From Pseudovirgaria hyperparasitica (lineage: Eukaryota), in NCBI GenBank assembly GCA_010093815.1, contig ML996584.1: 64,000 nt of DNA; one strand, written 5' to 3'. Below, in pieces: positions 26,001 to 39,732 of the stretch (position 1 is the first letter of the stretch; the number at the start of each line of letters is the position of its first letter). A model generated the notes under the pieces. That model worked only from the letters and a program-made list of their open reading frames with translations. It was not told where the DNA came from and did not search any database. The position numbers and the translations under genes are program-made.

Positions 26001-28731
26001 CCTGGGTGGTGCTGTTGTTGGTTTCCCTGGGACCTCACCGACCCATGGTTTAGGAGAGGAGAGGGAGGAGAGCTCGGCCGAGGTGTGTGCTCGCTTACCA
26101 TACTATACATGGCTGGGTGGATTCAAAAGTCTCGTATTCGCTGGACCATGCGCGTTCCCGAGTAGGAACCATAGAGATTAGAGGTTAAGTACAGATAGAC
26201 CTGACGCGCTTCTCTGCTCTCTGCACACACACTACGGAGGATTCGTAGCGGCTCAGTCAGCTGTCCAATAGAGCGCTTCTTCTTCTTCCAATCTTCCCCT
26301 TCTGGCACACGACTGCATGCAATAGTCTACAGCGCCGATGCAGGTGCCAGGCGTTCTGCTACACCTTTCAACTGCGCCGCCATCGCTTCCAGGCTTTCTG
26401 ATGTTTCAGAGGCTTCAGCAGAAGAAGAAAGAGTGAGAGATGATGGTGTGCGTGTGTGTATGTATGTACGTATGTAGGTATGTGTGTGTGTGGAGAACGG
26501 CACATGCGAGTGTGTTTCAGGCTATTAGGTCGCTCAAGCGCCTGCGATAGGAGGATGCATGCCTTGGGTTGATTGATTGACGAAGACGAGAACCCAATTC
26601 AAAAACAAGCACCGTCCAACCGTCGACCAAGTCCACACTTCCACACTATCACAACTCCACTCCCGTTCCCCACGACGCCAATCCCGAGTTGAGAGTACGC
26701 CGGCCGGACTCTCTGCTTGCTGGATCTTAGGGGGGGACCTCTGACTGGCTGTAGCGTTCGGGCGGTATCGGGCTTAGCGTCCGTTTCGCTAAAGGAGAAA
26801 ATCCCAATTCCCAGAAGTGGATCTCTGTGCTGGATCAAGATTCAAAACGATGATGAATGATGATTGATGTTGCCAGTGCGCGTGTGTGCGTAGCTATTCC
26901 ACTCTCTGCGCCATCCGCTCGGGTCGGGTCAAAACTCCCCGGGACAGGGAACGGCCTGCTTGATGCTGGAGGCGAAAGACCGTCCTGTGATATTTCGAAA
27001 AGAATGCAGAAGAGAAACAGTAGCCACAACAAGAAGATGAAGAAGAGGACGAAGTTAGCTTAGAGGTAATTAGCAACAGCAACAGCAAGCACAAGATGGG
27101 CTGAATGACGATCGACTATCTTTAGCATAGCCACTATCTGTAGGCAGTTCACAGGTACAGACAGTATTATGCGATGTGACTACAGTACGTGCTCTGGCAC
27201 CTCCCGCTTCCTGGCCACCGGCAGTGCCCTGTTTAGCTTGTAGGAGATTTAATGATGATTATCCGTGTGCATTTCCGATCCCTAAGTCTCTGTATGCCTT
27301 CGGCTTTTCCGCCTTGCTTAACCAAGCATATGCAGTAGGTACGTACTCCGGCCAGAAAACCCCCCAGGTTCTCTCTCTCTCTCTCTACGTACAGGGCCTT
27401 GTGATCCGTAGCGAGCAGTTATTGTCCCTTTCACTAGTATAATTAGCACAACACACAGCGCTTTGTCAGAGAAAGCTAGGTAGGGGCCAGCCGCCAAGCG
27501 GATAGGGCAATAGTATACCAAGCATTGTGGATTGTGCAAAGTTTGGAGCCGAGAATGGCCTCAGCGCTCCCTTCAAGCCCATCCCGCACGCCAACGACGT
27601 CTTCTGGGGCCCAACAGAGATGCACTGACAGGGTCACAGGGCCTAGGGCGTGAGAAGAGTCAGGGATTCTGACCAGACTTGCAGCTGCTGCTGGTCGCCT
27701 GCCTGCCTGCCATCCACTCACCGGGGGCCTGGAGCGAGATCAGGGCCATGTCCTTGTCTTTGTTGCCCCTGCCTTGCAATCGTGCACTCACTCATCAGCT
27801 GTGATGGGTTCTGCTCCTGAGTCCTGGGCTCCTGTGGCAGCTGGGTTGCCAGCAGTCCAGGATTGCAGGAGAGGGATTCCCGGTATTGCTATCCGCGATA
27901 CGCAGATCCAGATGGGAGGTGTATCTGATAGTGTAAGTCAAGTCAGTGTGTAGTAACCCAGTCGCATGGCAGCCCTGTATCTCACTCAGCATCGTGACTA
28001 TGTGGTTGTCGGTGCCAATTCAAGGAGCCTTGATGTCTCTCTCCGGGCTACGTAGTAGTATGTATGTATGTACAGTACGTACCTATGTTTTGTGCACACA
28101 AGGAACAAGCAGCAAATGTGCCGTGCACACCAGCTACCAACTACCAGTACCGCCCACCGCCAGCAGCCCAGCAGCCAACCCAGCGGCTGCCCGCCAGCCA
28201 AACCGCCCGCCGCTGCAACCCCTGACTGACATAACGACATACAGTACAACACACCCACACACTCCCTTTGCAACTCCAACATCCTTCGCTTTACCGCCCT
28301 CTGCGCGCCGACGCATATATGCGCGTTCTTCATTGGTAGCAAAAGCTATCGAACTTGTCCTGTCTTGTCTTAATAGCTACTACAACAACAGCAGCAACAA
28401 TCCATTTGTTCTTTTGTGGGAGAAGGAAAGCTGTAATCCGCCCCCCCCTTGTCTCCAGGACCCCCGCTACGAGTGAGTGAGGAGGTTCGTCTTCCCACAC
28501 CTCATTACTCACGAGTTTCCAATCTCTGCATCCATTAATTAGTTTGAGAAAAGACAAAAAGTCGCCTGGCCGTGTTCTCGTTTACCATATCCGCTTGCGT
28601 CAAAGTGTAGCTGAGTAGCCTGGCTCGTCTGGCTCTCTGCTTCGGTCGAGCTACCGCTTGGCCCCAACTCTCCGTCCGATCCAGATCACATCAGAAGCAA
28701 CGCTTGGACAAAGACCCTCTACGTATCTATG

Positions 28732-29978
28732 CACACTATACCCCCCTCCCCCCCCCTCTATTCCATTCCGATTCACTTCTGCCAGTAAGCCACGCGAATC
28801 CCCAAACCTGACCGATCCTAAGCTGGCTACATATACGTGACGCCTACCACACACACATACACATATACACACACACATATCTCTCCACTCACACTCAGAC
28901 AAAGTGAAAGCCTTCCGTGTGTGGTCTCAGAGTCAAGTCCAGTCCAGCCTTTTCGCCTCCGCCTCCCGTTACTTGAAAGGATCGACAGCAAGCCGACGCC
29001 CGCCTTTCCCGGCTCTTCATCTTGGATATCAAAACAACAACACCTCTGCTCGACTTGATCGTCATATTCACTTGGACTCCTAGTTCCGGTCATCATTGTC
29101 AGTCTAAAGGATATCAAGCATCTGCCACTCCAACATCCATACGCAGTTCCAACAGCCGACCATATACCCCACCTCTACGCCCTCTCATCTCTCACACGTT
29201 ACATATTCATATCCTAGACCTTAACACCATCAACTCTGTGCTGATCTCCTGGAATATCTTCACCTCTACCGGAATCCCAATCTTGCATAGCTTCGTGTCA
29301 CCAAAGCACAACAGCTTGCACTACCCAAGATCTTGGGATCTCCCGAACCTGCTCTCTTTCATCGCTGGAATTGCTGTGGTAGTACTACGGCCTCTCCCGT
29401 CCTTCTTGCACTGTACGTCCTTGCTTTCGCTTTTCGTCCACTGGTTTTTCGCGTTCACTAAGACTTTCTAGCAATTCTTTGGCAAAGCGTGCATTTGTGC
29501 TCACCACGCCTTCCCATTCCGCGCAGGTACAGATCATTCGCCGACCTATCTGTCTTCGCTTTGCCAGTCTGCGATAGAGCAATCATCTTCCAGCGTTACA
29601 GTCGCCCAATTCGGACCGCTATTCTATTGTCCAGCCAGTTCTCCTCGCCGAGTCTTCTGTTCCCGTCATCTTCGACAGACAAAGAAATCCGCAAACTAGT
29701 CTACTTACTTTGACTCTTAGCTGAAGTCAAGGCTTTAATTCGCACCTTCGAATCTACCCCCGACAACGCGTTCGACTAGAAAAGTCACTCAACGACCATC
29801 CAATTCCATAGACGTTTTGTTGTGGTCCGAGATTGCCTTTTGAAACCTCTTCCGTTCGCGAGCCGTCTTCCTTCCAGACGGGCTCTTTCCATCTTCTATT
29901 GATCCGAACCGGCCAACAGGCCTTTATCGAGAAACAACCGGCACCGTGGCGGCAGCCGTGGCTCTTCCTCATCATCAG
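28732..29978 (+). promoter_or_regulatory. Long AUG-free 5' leader/core promoter of the C2H2 TF, with putative 5'-UTR intron 29413-29526
   Basis: No ATG on the + strand over ~1.25 kb; pyrimidine-rich. GTACGT donor at 29413, GCTCAC branch at 29499-29504, CAG acceptor at 29526. Confidence 0.6.
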
Positions 29979-31381
29979 ATGCACGGGGGACCGGATCCCT
30001 TGGGGGCGCCCTCAAGCTTCACAGCCAGACGACCAAACGCGTCGAATCTACCAAACTTCGAACTTCCCCCTCCTCCACTTTCACAATTCAACAAGATCAA
30101 CCCGTACGGCTCCATAACATCTTCTCAGGCTACCCCAGCCATCGGAACGACAGCCAGCGTCGGTAATCTCCTGACACCGCCAAGTAACGTACCTGGAGAC
30201 GGTCTCAGCCCAGTCTCAACTGGCGTTACGAGCAATAGCTCAGGAGGCTCGGCACAAGCTATCGGGCCATATACTCACCACTATTGGCCGTCACCGCAGT
30301 CGCAAGGACATCAGTCGTATGGTGGATTCCAATCAGGTCATCAGCAATCGCAACAACATCAGCAGCCACAGCAACATCAATATCAACAACAATCACGAGG
30401 TTTGTGTACCCCAAACCCCGAACCGACTCTGCATAGGAATATGTACTTACAGTCTCCTAAAGGGCTTCCTCCACCACCTAACGATCTCAGCCTCCCATCT
30501 TTCACATCGTCCGGATCCATGTCTGCGCCTGCGCCTCTGTCCTCGATGCCTGCCCAGCACTACCCGATGTCGAACATGATGGGCTCACAAGGACCAGTGA
30601 GCACGTCAGCACCACAACAATCACCAGTCCACGCCCAGCAAGAATTCCACCAACAAAACCGCCAACCACAAACGCCAACATACTACCACCAACAGCAGAA
30701 CACCGCGCCGCAGCAGTCACCATATCCCTACTCCAGCGGTCCTTCTCCAACACAGCAGTCTCCACTGAGCGCCGGTGGTCAGATGCATCGCATGTCGCCT
30801 GCCAACAGTGGAGCTCCAGTACCAACTCTTCAAGCACCATCACATCACTCGCCACACCAATACCAGCAGCCATTCCGCGGATACCCTCTTCCAGGTCCTG
30901 TGCTGTCGAATGTGCAAAATCCCGGTGGTCAGCTATCGCTAGTGGGCGCGATGCAACACGGCATGATGGGCGGCTTCAACAGTGGACACGCCGCCAGCAT
31001 GAGCCATATGTACGCCTCGCAACATCAGCAGCAGCAGCATCAGCCGACAAACGACCGGCCGTTCAAGTGCGATCAATGCCCACAGAGTTTCAACCGGAAT
31101 CACGATCTGAAGCGCCATAAGCGGATCCATCTGGCCGTTAAGCCGTTCCCTTGTGGACACTGTGATAAGAGCTTCTCTCGCAAGGATGCGTTGAAGGTTA
31201 GTACTACTCTGATTATACATACCTTTTTCCATGAGCCTTTAGCTGACTGATTTTTAAACAGCGACATATCCTCGTTAAGGGATGCGGCAAAGCCTCTGCC
31301 GAGGGCGCAAAAGACGACGAAGCCAACCACTCGCCTAAGGCCCTGTCCACGGGCGCTGACAGTCACGACGGCAAGCGCTAA
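29979..31381 (+). CDS. C2H2 zinc-finger transcription factor (two C-terminal fingers, Q/P/S-rich N-terminal region)
   Basis: RPFKCDQCPQSFNRNHDLKRHKRIH-LAVKPFPCGHCDKSFSRKDALK|RHILVKGC. Intron 31197-31261 completes finger 2; TAA at 31379-31381. Confidence 0.92.
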
Positions 31382-33040
31382 GCGACCTTGGCGTACATCG
31401 CTCTCGATAGATCCATCCGCACCACTCTAAACACATCACCCCGACTTTGTATTACTTTATATATACCCCTTTTTGCTTCGTATTCTTCCCTTCTCTGCTT
31501 ATATGATTCATCCCACCCGGGCACACCAACAACTTACACATTTTGTTGGTTTACTAAGGAAGGAGGGGGGCTTTTTCCAATTGGACACACGTGGCGTTAC
31601 TGGTCTTATATCAAATTTATTATTATTTTGGTTTCAAAACATTCCTCAGTCATCGCATCGGCGGGGTTGGAAGGGGGCCAAGGGTTTGTCGCGGATATAT
31701 ACCTACATGATTGTTGTAGCCTCCCTGGTCTTTTTTTCAGGGAGGTTTTTTGTATTGCGAATCATGGGGTGGAGGAAAAACTGGTTTTTCTTGGGCCTTT
31801 CCTTGGAGGGCGTTTCTGTTGTTTCTTGGGAGAGAGTTTGAAGAGCAGCATCAACAGCACATGCTTGGGCGCGGCCGAGTGTGCAGTGTGTGCAGTGTGT
31901 TTGTATGTCTTCGTCTGTCACACAAATAGTTTTGCGGTATGGGAGGAACGAGGGACTTGGAATTGGACCCACTGAGACACATCAGTTATTTCGGTGGTTG
32001 TGGATTTGGGTGGATATAGTGAGCGGCAGCGGATACACATTTTTGTTTACACATACACGAGGAATATGAATATCAATGTATTGACTATCTGGTTGTTCGG
32101 ATACACACTACCTACCTGACTACTACCTGCTACATACTCTACCTAACCTACCTAACCTACTTAATGCCTACGTACCTACCATTACCTGCCCTATGACGGC
32201 TTGGTCTGCTTGTTATTGTGATGTCGTTGTTGACGACGGTGCTACTTGCTTTGCTGGCTGGCTTGCTTAGTGGTCGATGGTCGATGTACATGTCTAGACG
32301 CACAGGTTTTATAGTGCTTCGCCTACTCGTTAGTGTTTATTACCAGTAAACTTCCTACGATACAGTGCGTGATACGTGGACTTGTGCAGCTAGGACCTAC
32401 TAGTACCAAGTTGAGTAGGTAAGTAGGCAATCAGTCAATCCTCCCATCCCACACCATGTACTTGTAGTATGTTACATTTTCGATCGATGGACTCGAGGTT
32501 AGATTCGGTGTGTAGGCAGGGAGGTGCTAGGCTAGTCAAAGCTTTTTTTTTTCCTCTTAATTACTACTGCTCAGCTCGTCGGCGGTTTTTTTCTTCCGCG
32601 AGGGGGAAGAGGGGTAGTGCTCGTTTTTGTCCGAGGCGCAGCTTGGGTACATACAGTTGTAGGTACTGTATGTAGGAGTCTCGGGGTTTTATTCGTTGTT
32701 TAGTTCCTTGGTTGATTGGTTGATTGACAGGCGTGCTGAAAGGCCGATATCGCGCTGTTAGGTGGACAAGACTGTACAAGCATGAATTGAAAGCGATTAC
32801 ATATCGATATATAGAAGTGGATACGTCAGCTCGACTGCAGGGCTCTGTTACTTACGACGTGCTGACCTCAGAGTATCGAGCCTGAAGCTAGAATGGCTAT
32901 CCTGGGACAGCTCCCTGATTTCGAGACTCGATGACCCTGGACAATACAATCAAATTGCACAATGCATTACTCTTTCGTAATTCTAGACCTGATACGATGA
33001 CGAAACTATAATAAAATATATCTTGAATGACTTACCCAGC

Positions 33041-34591
33041 TCACTCTTTCCCCCTACGAATATCAACAACCTCAGGCGTCGTCAGTGGATTACCCCAGAT
33101 ATTGTCAGGAAGCTCTGGTGGAGTCCGGTTCTCTTCTTGAACGCGTATTGCAACTTCCTTCAGTCTTCTTGCCAGGCCTTCCCATTGCCCCTCCTTCAAA
33201 ATAAGCTGTCCGTCTCTCTTTCTCCACTCCCCGCCCACCAAGACATGTCGAATATCACTGACATTCGCATGTAGAATCACCGCAGCAACCGGGTCCGTCC
33301 AGCCCGCCATATTCGGACTCTCTCCATCAAACACCACGATATCAGCCTTTGCGCCTACTGTCAATACTCCAATGTCGTCCCGTCGTACAGCCCTTCCTCC
33401 ATGCCTCGTCGCAAGCAAGAATGCGTGCTCTACAGTCATCGGACAGCGGTCCGGAATCGCCGTCTTCAACGCCGCATTATACCTCCTTGCGCGCTCAGCT
33501 TGGAGCCAGATGCGTGCTTGCGTGAAGATCTCGCCGCTAAAGGTAAACGCGGTATCAATACCGAGCGCAGCCTGGTCCTGGATATCGCAGCAGGAGAACT
33601 GTCCATGGCCATAATGCATTTCTGATTCAGGGGTGATGGATATGAAGTTGTCGGTGCTGCGTAGGATAGCGCGGTCGGATTCGGTGACGAAGCCACCATG
33701 GGAGAAGATCCAGGGTGGGTTTGGGCTGTCTAGAAGAGCGTATGAGTGTGCGAGGGTGGGCGAGTTGCCAGAACCCCACGGGCCAGGACCGACCGTGTGG
33801 ACTGTTATGACTTCTGGCTTGAGAGATCTATGTCTTGTCAGTCCATGACTTCTGCGTAATTGCATGGGACATGAGCAACCCTCTAGCAAAATGCTTGAAG
33901 CGTCGCTAGACTCATGTCCCATCGATACGACTCACTGGATTATTGCTCGAGTGGGCTCAACCTGGTCTGGAGGAGTGAATGATAGACTGTCCCAAGCCAA
34001 CCCGAACGCAACCGCACTGTCAGGCCTGGTGCTTCTATGACGCACCGCCAGATCCAGCAGTGCCTTTGTCTGCTCTCCGCCTGAAAACGACTCGTTCGTA
34101 GCCATTATATCGTAACACCACCAGATCCTCGCCCCACTATCAACCGCCGCATCGAAACCACGCATCATAACATCATGATCCCAGTTATGGTGAGCGTGCT
34201 CCACGATACTCGTAACTCCTCCGTTCAACGCCTCCGCATAGCCAGCAAGAGCACTGACGTAAATGTCCTCTGCAGAGTACGAGTTCCGAGCCTTTGACAT
34301 CTGACTCACCCAGGAGAAGTACTGCGCGAGAATAATGTTGGAGCCAAGAGTGCGGTATGCGGTCATCCAAGTATGCCGATGCGTGTCGACGAATCCTGGA
34401 CACACGATCTTGTCAGTTACATCGATAATCTCTGTGTCTGTTGGAAGTACGAGTGTTTCCGGCTGGGTTGTGATGGCCGTGATGATGCCATCATCGCTTG
34501 TCAATAGGGAAGCGTTGTGAAGAACTTTGATAGACTCGGTGACCTTATCGAATGAAACGATAGTCCCGTTCTTGAAGAACCTGGGACCCAT
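33041..34591 (-). CDS. Metal-dependent amidohydrolase (MTA/SAH-deaminase-like)
   Basis: PGFVDTHRH metal motif, ALGIDT and GVLTVGAKADIVV. One intron (33828-33935) joins the two track ORFs (..IIQ|SLKPEVITVH). Confidence 0.88.
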
Positions 34592-35715
34592 TGCAATGGT
34601 GATGTAGTTTTAGAGGATTTGTACACAGCACTCAAGAATCGATGTCGTGGGATTTCCTTTCTAGTGCGTGCGGAAGTAAATTTATGTGTTAGTGCCCGAA
34701 ATCAGGACAACGGGTTGAAAGCTTTTGTTTTATGCTTGAGTGAATGAAGGCTGTTTATTGAGGAAACTGTTTTTCTAGTCAGCGTCATCGTCGTTGAGCT
34801 TGACCGACGTACTGTAGACAAGGGAGAGTCTCCACGACGTCTTTCAAGGGGACTAAAGTAGTACTCTTGACGGCAATGCTCGGATCCCCACGTCCTTGCC
34901 AGCGCAGTTGGTCCGTCTGATGCAGGACGAGTTCCCTTGACTATTGAGAGCAGCAGTCAGTATATATTATGTCATTGCATACACCCGCTAAGTTCGGTAT
35001 CGGAATTACCATGTCCGAGAGCGAAGGCGAAAGCACGTTTTCCCGTTATGGACTAGTCGATATATTGCCTTCGTATCTTCTCTCCTAAGTCTACTACCGT
35101 GGCTATGTCACGAGCATGAGACAAAAGCCACACAGGGCAGGTAGCGTAAGGAGCTGCTGCTAGGTCGTGTTTCGACGCTCTCTCGGGAGTCAAACAAAGT
35201 GCGCCAACATGTGAGTAAGCTAAGCTAAGAGTTCTTCTACTTCCTATAGGAAAACTCATAACTTTAGGCAAGAACAACGCTCTACCTCTTGATATAATAA
35301 GACTAAAAGTACGCTCAATCATTGGAGGAATATCGATAGTCTATCCATAGAGCGGCAAATTCGGTACTGATGCTATCCACACATCCGCACGTTTTGACCT
35401 GACTGTTTGCAAGGCAAGTACACTGGACCTTAGTACCCAGATCAAACCAACTTACGTACTAACAGATCACCATGTAGTCTACTGAAGAGATAAAGAGAAA
35501 TACACATGCTTATCTGGTACAGGGTTGGATTTGTATGTGACAGTCTTGGCCTCTTGTATTCGGAAAGAGTCAGATAACTCGTCGGGAATCAAGAGTGCAC
35601 GATTTTGATCCGTCCACTACCTAGGCATCCAGACGACCATTGATGGGCTTTTCCCCCTGCGCCAACTAGATCCCTGCTCTTGAGACAGGGATAAAGTCAA
35701 TCTGCCATGGATCGT

Positions 35716-36381
35716 TCATCTCAGTTTCACTTCTCGCTTTTTCCAATCGAAGTACGCAGTGAGCTTTCCAACTGCATTGCCCTCCGGAAAGGTGTCCGGA
35801 TATGCTTTCATGAACGCTTTGATGTCTTCATCCATCCTCTTCCTCCTCTCCTCGTCCATTCTCATCCTTTTTTCCTCATCCTGTCCATGGTCTTCAATGT
35901 CCTCCTTCAACTCCACCTCTCCGACCATGCATCCGAAATCCGTCTCATCCACGTCCACCCTGAAGCGCTCATGGACCATCCAACTCTCCCTCTCCGTCAC
36001 GAAATCTGCAGCGACTTCTAGACAGTCTTCAATAGAAACACCTTCAATTGCCACGTGCAACTTCTCCTTGATGACTTCCTTCACGGCCTCTTCTCCAGCC
36101 ACCTCCTCGAACGCCGAATTGATGAAGTCGCCGCCCGCGCGGATCTTAGCCTCCCATAGTCCGTTACGGCGCCGGATGTATACACCCTTTCCGAAGAGTG
36201 CATTTTCCCGGTCAAAGTACGTGTCGCGGAACGTCTTACGACCGAGTGGAGCAAGATGCTTGAAGATAGGAGAGGAGGCGTTGCGGAGAGTTTGAATAGA
36301 TGTTGGTGTCGCAGCGAACTTGCGCTCAACTTCTAGGACACGTTTTGTCATAGCTCGGGCGCCGTTGGTGAGGTATGCCAT
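35716..36381 (-). CDS. CYTH-domain protein (thiamine-triphosphatase-like)
   Basis: LEVERKF (ExExK), FRDTYFD, WEAK, VDETDFG..VGEVEL and GKLTAY. Confidence 0.88.
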   Translation of the reverse strand: MAYLTNGARAMTKRVLEVERKFAATPTSIQTLRNASSPIFKHLAPLGRKTFRDTYFDRENALFGKGVYIRRRNGLWEAKIRAGGDFINSAFEEVAGEEAVKEVIKEKLHVAIEGVSIEDCLEVAADFVTERESWMVHERFRVDVDETDFGCMVGEVELKEDIEDHGQDEEKRMRMDEERRKRMDEDIKAFMKAYPDTFPEGNAVGKLTAYFDWKKREVKLR

Positions 36382-38545
36382 GTTTGTGAGTTGTAATTCG
36401 TACGTTGGTTCGGATTTGTTGTAAGTATCAGAATGTTGGAAGACGGGGGACGGTGCCTATAAAAGATTGGTAAAGTTCGTTGCAGAATTTTGGGTGCATG
36501 TGACCCTGGATCTGTAAAAATCTCAGTCTTGCAAGAGATTGCGGAGGCTGAAGCAAGGGATGCACCGAGGCTGTTTGACCGTTTGACCATGCGGACTTCA
36601 CCATCAATGGTTGCACGAGCTTGGTCTACGTGTCAAGTAAGCCTCATAATCCTCACGTTTGTGGTAGCTGTATGGACGGAGCGAGCTCCGAAGGGTCGCC
36701 CACTGGTAAGATACGAAAATGAAACGATCGCGCTGTACGACAGACGGAGAACGGCGTCGTTTGTTGGGAAAAAACGAAAACCTCCGTTCTTTCATAGTCT
36801 AAGGAAACAGCGAAAGTAAAGTTGAGGATCATGCCTATCCAACGATGACTCATGTACAGGAGAGAAGACTTTGTAAAAGTAGGAATCGTGAAGGTAAAGT
36901 GACGTATGGGACAAGCCGATGCCAGCTCTCGTAGTCTACGTATTCGAAAAATGACGTCTCTGGATATGTTGAACTTACCTATCGATAGCCCTTGACCTTG
37001 AATAATGGCGTGTCTGAAAACGACAAACCCACCTATTGGTAGCCTTCAAGCTTATACTGTAGCGTCTATCTGTCGGTTTATCAGTGTTCATAACTAATGG
37101 AAAGTACATAAGGAGCGCGTCAATCATCATTTTTCTTCACTTTCTGGACTGAGTAGCGGAAACATCTTGCTATACCTATGCTTAGATGACGAGTTTTCAC
37201 TACCCAGGACTCAATCTATCAGAGAGAAGGATATATGCACAAGCGTGACTGTAAGTGCAACGAAAGAGAGCTCTGAAGTTTTGTGTTAGAAATTGCGCCC
37301 TTAGTGTCCTCCAATCATACACGATCCATGATATTCAATCTGTACCCTGAATGCGACGCGTCTTCACCGGGCTGAGCCAGGTCAGCGAACAGTTACCGCG
37401 GCTACCGCGGCATATAACTAACAAACGATATGTGGTTTATGTTAATACTGGCGAATACAGACTTGTTGTATCTTCAAAAGTCCTCTGGGCTGCCGAAGAG
37501 AATTCGAATTTCGTTGTCGGGAACTTTGGGCACACGCGACAGAGGCAGTATTATACTGAATTTAAGGAGCAGTCTGATTCACATGACCGCGTGCCTGTAA
37601 GCTTTAAGGAGCATGTAGACAACAAACGCGTACCTTCTCGTGTGGAAACGCCGGTCCGCGCTCTTGCATAGTTCTACACGTATGTCCATCAAGGTTGCGG
37701 ACCTCATTCTTCCGGCTCAGCGACTTATGTCAACGCCTCTAACAAAAGCTGAAATTCACCAAGACTCGATCAGAGGGCTGGCATCGTGTCAATTAATCGC
37801 CTTATAATGCTGACCGAACAGAGGCACCCTACAGCGAGTTTTGAGCAGGCCGCATGCAACATTGGTCTTCGTATAGGAAATCAACACAATGTTTGTTATT
37901 ATTGGTGAGTGTTGAGTTGTCGCGATTGCTTACTGTTCAGAGTCACTGCATCAATGAGATCTCTGCACGACTAATCACCATCGCATGTTACAAAGACTTC
38001 AATAGAAGCGTAGTTCTACACATATTGCACGATGCTGAACATGACAAATAGTAGAGCCGAACAGCATCTAACCGGAGTTGATCTTTCAGGAGCATAGTGA
38101 ATTTCCATCATGTTATTTTCAAGAACATCTTGCTCTAGTATTAGGCGCATGATAGTCCTCCCATACCAGCCTTCAGCTGATACTCATTACATGCAATCGG
38201 GCTTGCCTGATTCCAGACTCCAAGATAGAACCTTCCGTGCGAGCAGAAGCGAGTGTCTTCAATGTTCGATATCTGCCGCTGAGTGCATTTAGGTACACCA
38301 AGTAACGTTACATTCAATCCAATCACCACATCACTATCACTTTCACAAGCACAATCTCTCAGCGACTGACTCTGAGGAGTATCAAACTCCAAACAACAAT
38401 CTCTCAATCCTTATACGGACTGCGTTGAAGGGTCAGTGGCGATATAGTCCAGTTAGAAGTTTGCGAATTTCGGCTCACACGCTCCGAGACCAATAGCTGC
38501 CTCTCTTACCACTATTGCACCCATTTTACCCACCTCCGGACAGAA

Positions 38546-39172
38546 ATGGCTAGCCAAGATTCGGCGTTCATACCTCTTGTGCGCACGTTGAAACTTCACC
38601 GACTGCGGCACCCTTCCTACGAGCACGTAGGCCCATTACCCTTTATTGATGCCCCCCAACTTGCAGTGGGACAGGAACATCAAGGCTTCATTCCAGGTCT
38701 CCGAGCGCAAGAAAACCGCGTGAAGGACCACAAAGCAGCGGCAAGATCAAGCCCTAGCCTCCGAAGACATCACGAATCCGTAGGTCTCAAGTCGAGGGCC
38801 AGTATGCAAGCATCCCTTCCAACGACCGTATGCCCCTCGCTCTACGGCGCTTCCGAAGTGCATACTTTTTCAGCTCGATCGAGACCTTTGGTTGGACTTG
38901 TTAAGCAGCGATCAGATTTACTCTTCCCGTTCAGACGCTCATACTTGTCGGAGCCTCGCGACACCCTGAAGCACTCGAGTCACTACGCTATGCTTACCCA
39001 AGAAAGGATCATGGAAGAGCACGCCGAACTTGACAATCGTCCTGAGGCAGCGAAGAGGCCCTGGGGGGACCGTGCTGTGGACGTAGCAGGCCCATCCCTA
39101 CCTCTTGACTACCAAGAAGAAGCCGTGCATTTTGTGTTCAATACAAGTGACGGGCGAACAATTGGTGAATAA
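38546..39172 (+). CDS. Orphan hypothetical protein (208 aa)
   Basis: Uninterrupted ATG-initiated ORF in good context (GAAATGG). No recognisable domain. Confidence 0.3.
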   Translation: MASQDSAFIPLVRTLKLHRLRHPSYEHVGPLPFIDAPQLAVGQEHQGFIPGLRAQENRVKDHKAAARSSPSLRRHHESVGLKSRASMQASLPTTVCPSLYGASEVHTFSARSRPLVGLVKQRSDLLFPFRRSYLSEPRDTLKHSSHYAMLTQERIMEEHAELDNRPEAAKRPWGDRAVDVAGPSLPLDYQEEAVHFVFNTSDGRTIGE

Positions 39173-39642
39173 GCATATCTTGTGGCATGGCCTTGGTCTA
39201 GTAGATACTCGTCTTTTTGTTGTGTTTACAACTCTGCATCTTTTCAACCGTATAGGTTAGCCTACTGTTCTTGAACAGTTAACTTGTTAGATCATATTAG
39301 TGAAGTTCGCCGTCGGCAGCAGAGTGAACATTTCTGTTATTAAGATTACTTCCACATTGCTGTGTGAAGGCGAGGAATGCGATGCCTCTTGATATTACGG
39401 CATGCTCTGGTCCTTCCTTGATATGTACATCGCCCCACGTACCCAAGTTGCTGTCTTAGGTGGTGATATCACATGATCTCGCTTATCCGGCACATGAATA
39501 TCGCCATTAGCTGGGGTTATAGTTAATTGTAGTGGCGCTAACTCTAAAGGTTCCGCATATATGATTCGTATGATGATTTTGTATTACTCTGCTCTTTTTG
39601 TTAGCTAATATATTTTAATCATTTTGAGCAGTCTTCATCGGA

Positions 39643-39732
39643 GCTCCCGTAGCTCAATCGGTAGAGCGTGAGACTTTTACGATGTGTGTCGTGGTTATCT
39701 CAAGGCCGCGGGTTCGAGCCCCGCCGGGAGCT
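39643..39732 (+). tRNA. tRNA-Lys(UUU) with 17-nt intron (39680-39696)
   Basis: Acceptor stem GCTCCCG/CGGGAGC; D arm GCTC-AATCGGTA-GAGC; anticodon arm TGAGA-CT-TTT-A[intron]A-TCTCA; T arm GCGGG-TTCGAGC-CCCGC; followed by T-runs (Pol III terminator). Confidence 0.95.

Noticed and set aside
29022..29471. 149-aa ORF upstream of the C2H2 gene
   Set aside because: Has no ATG (TTG start) and overlaps the putative UTR intron; best read as leader sequence.
35050..35350. TpA-rich patch suggestive of a RIP-mutated TE fragment
   Set aside because: Short, with no terminal repeats or transposase motif; RIP indices could not be computed.
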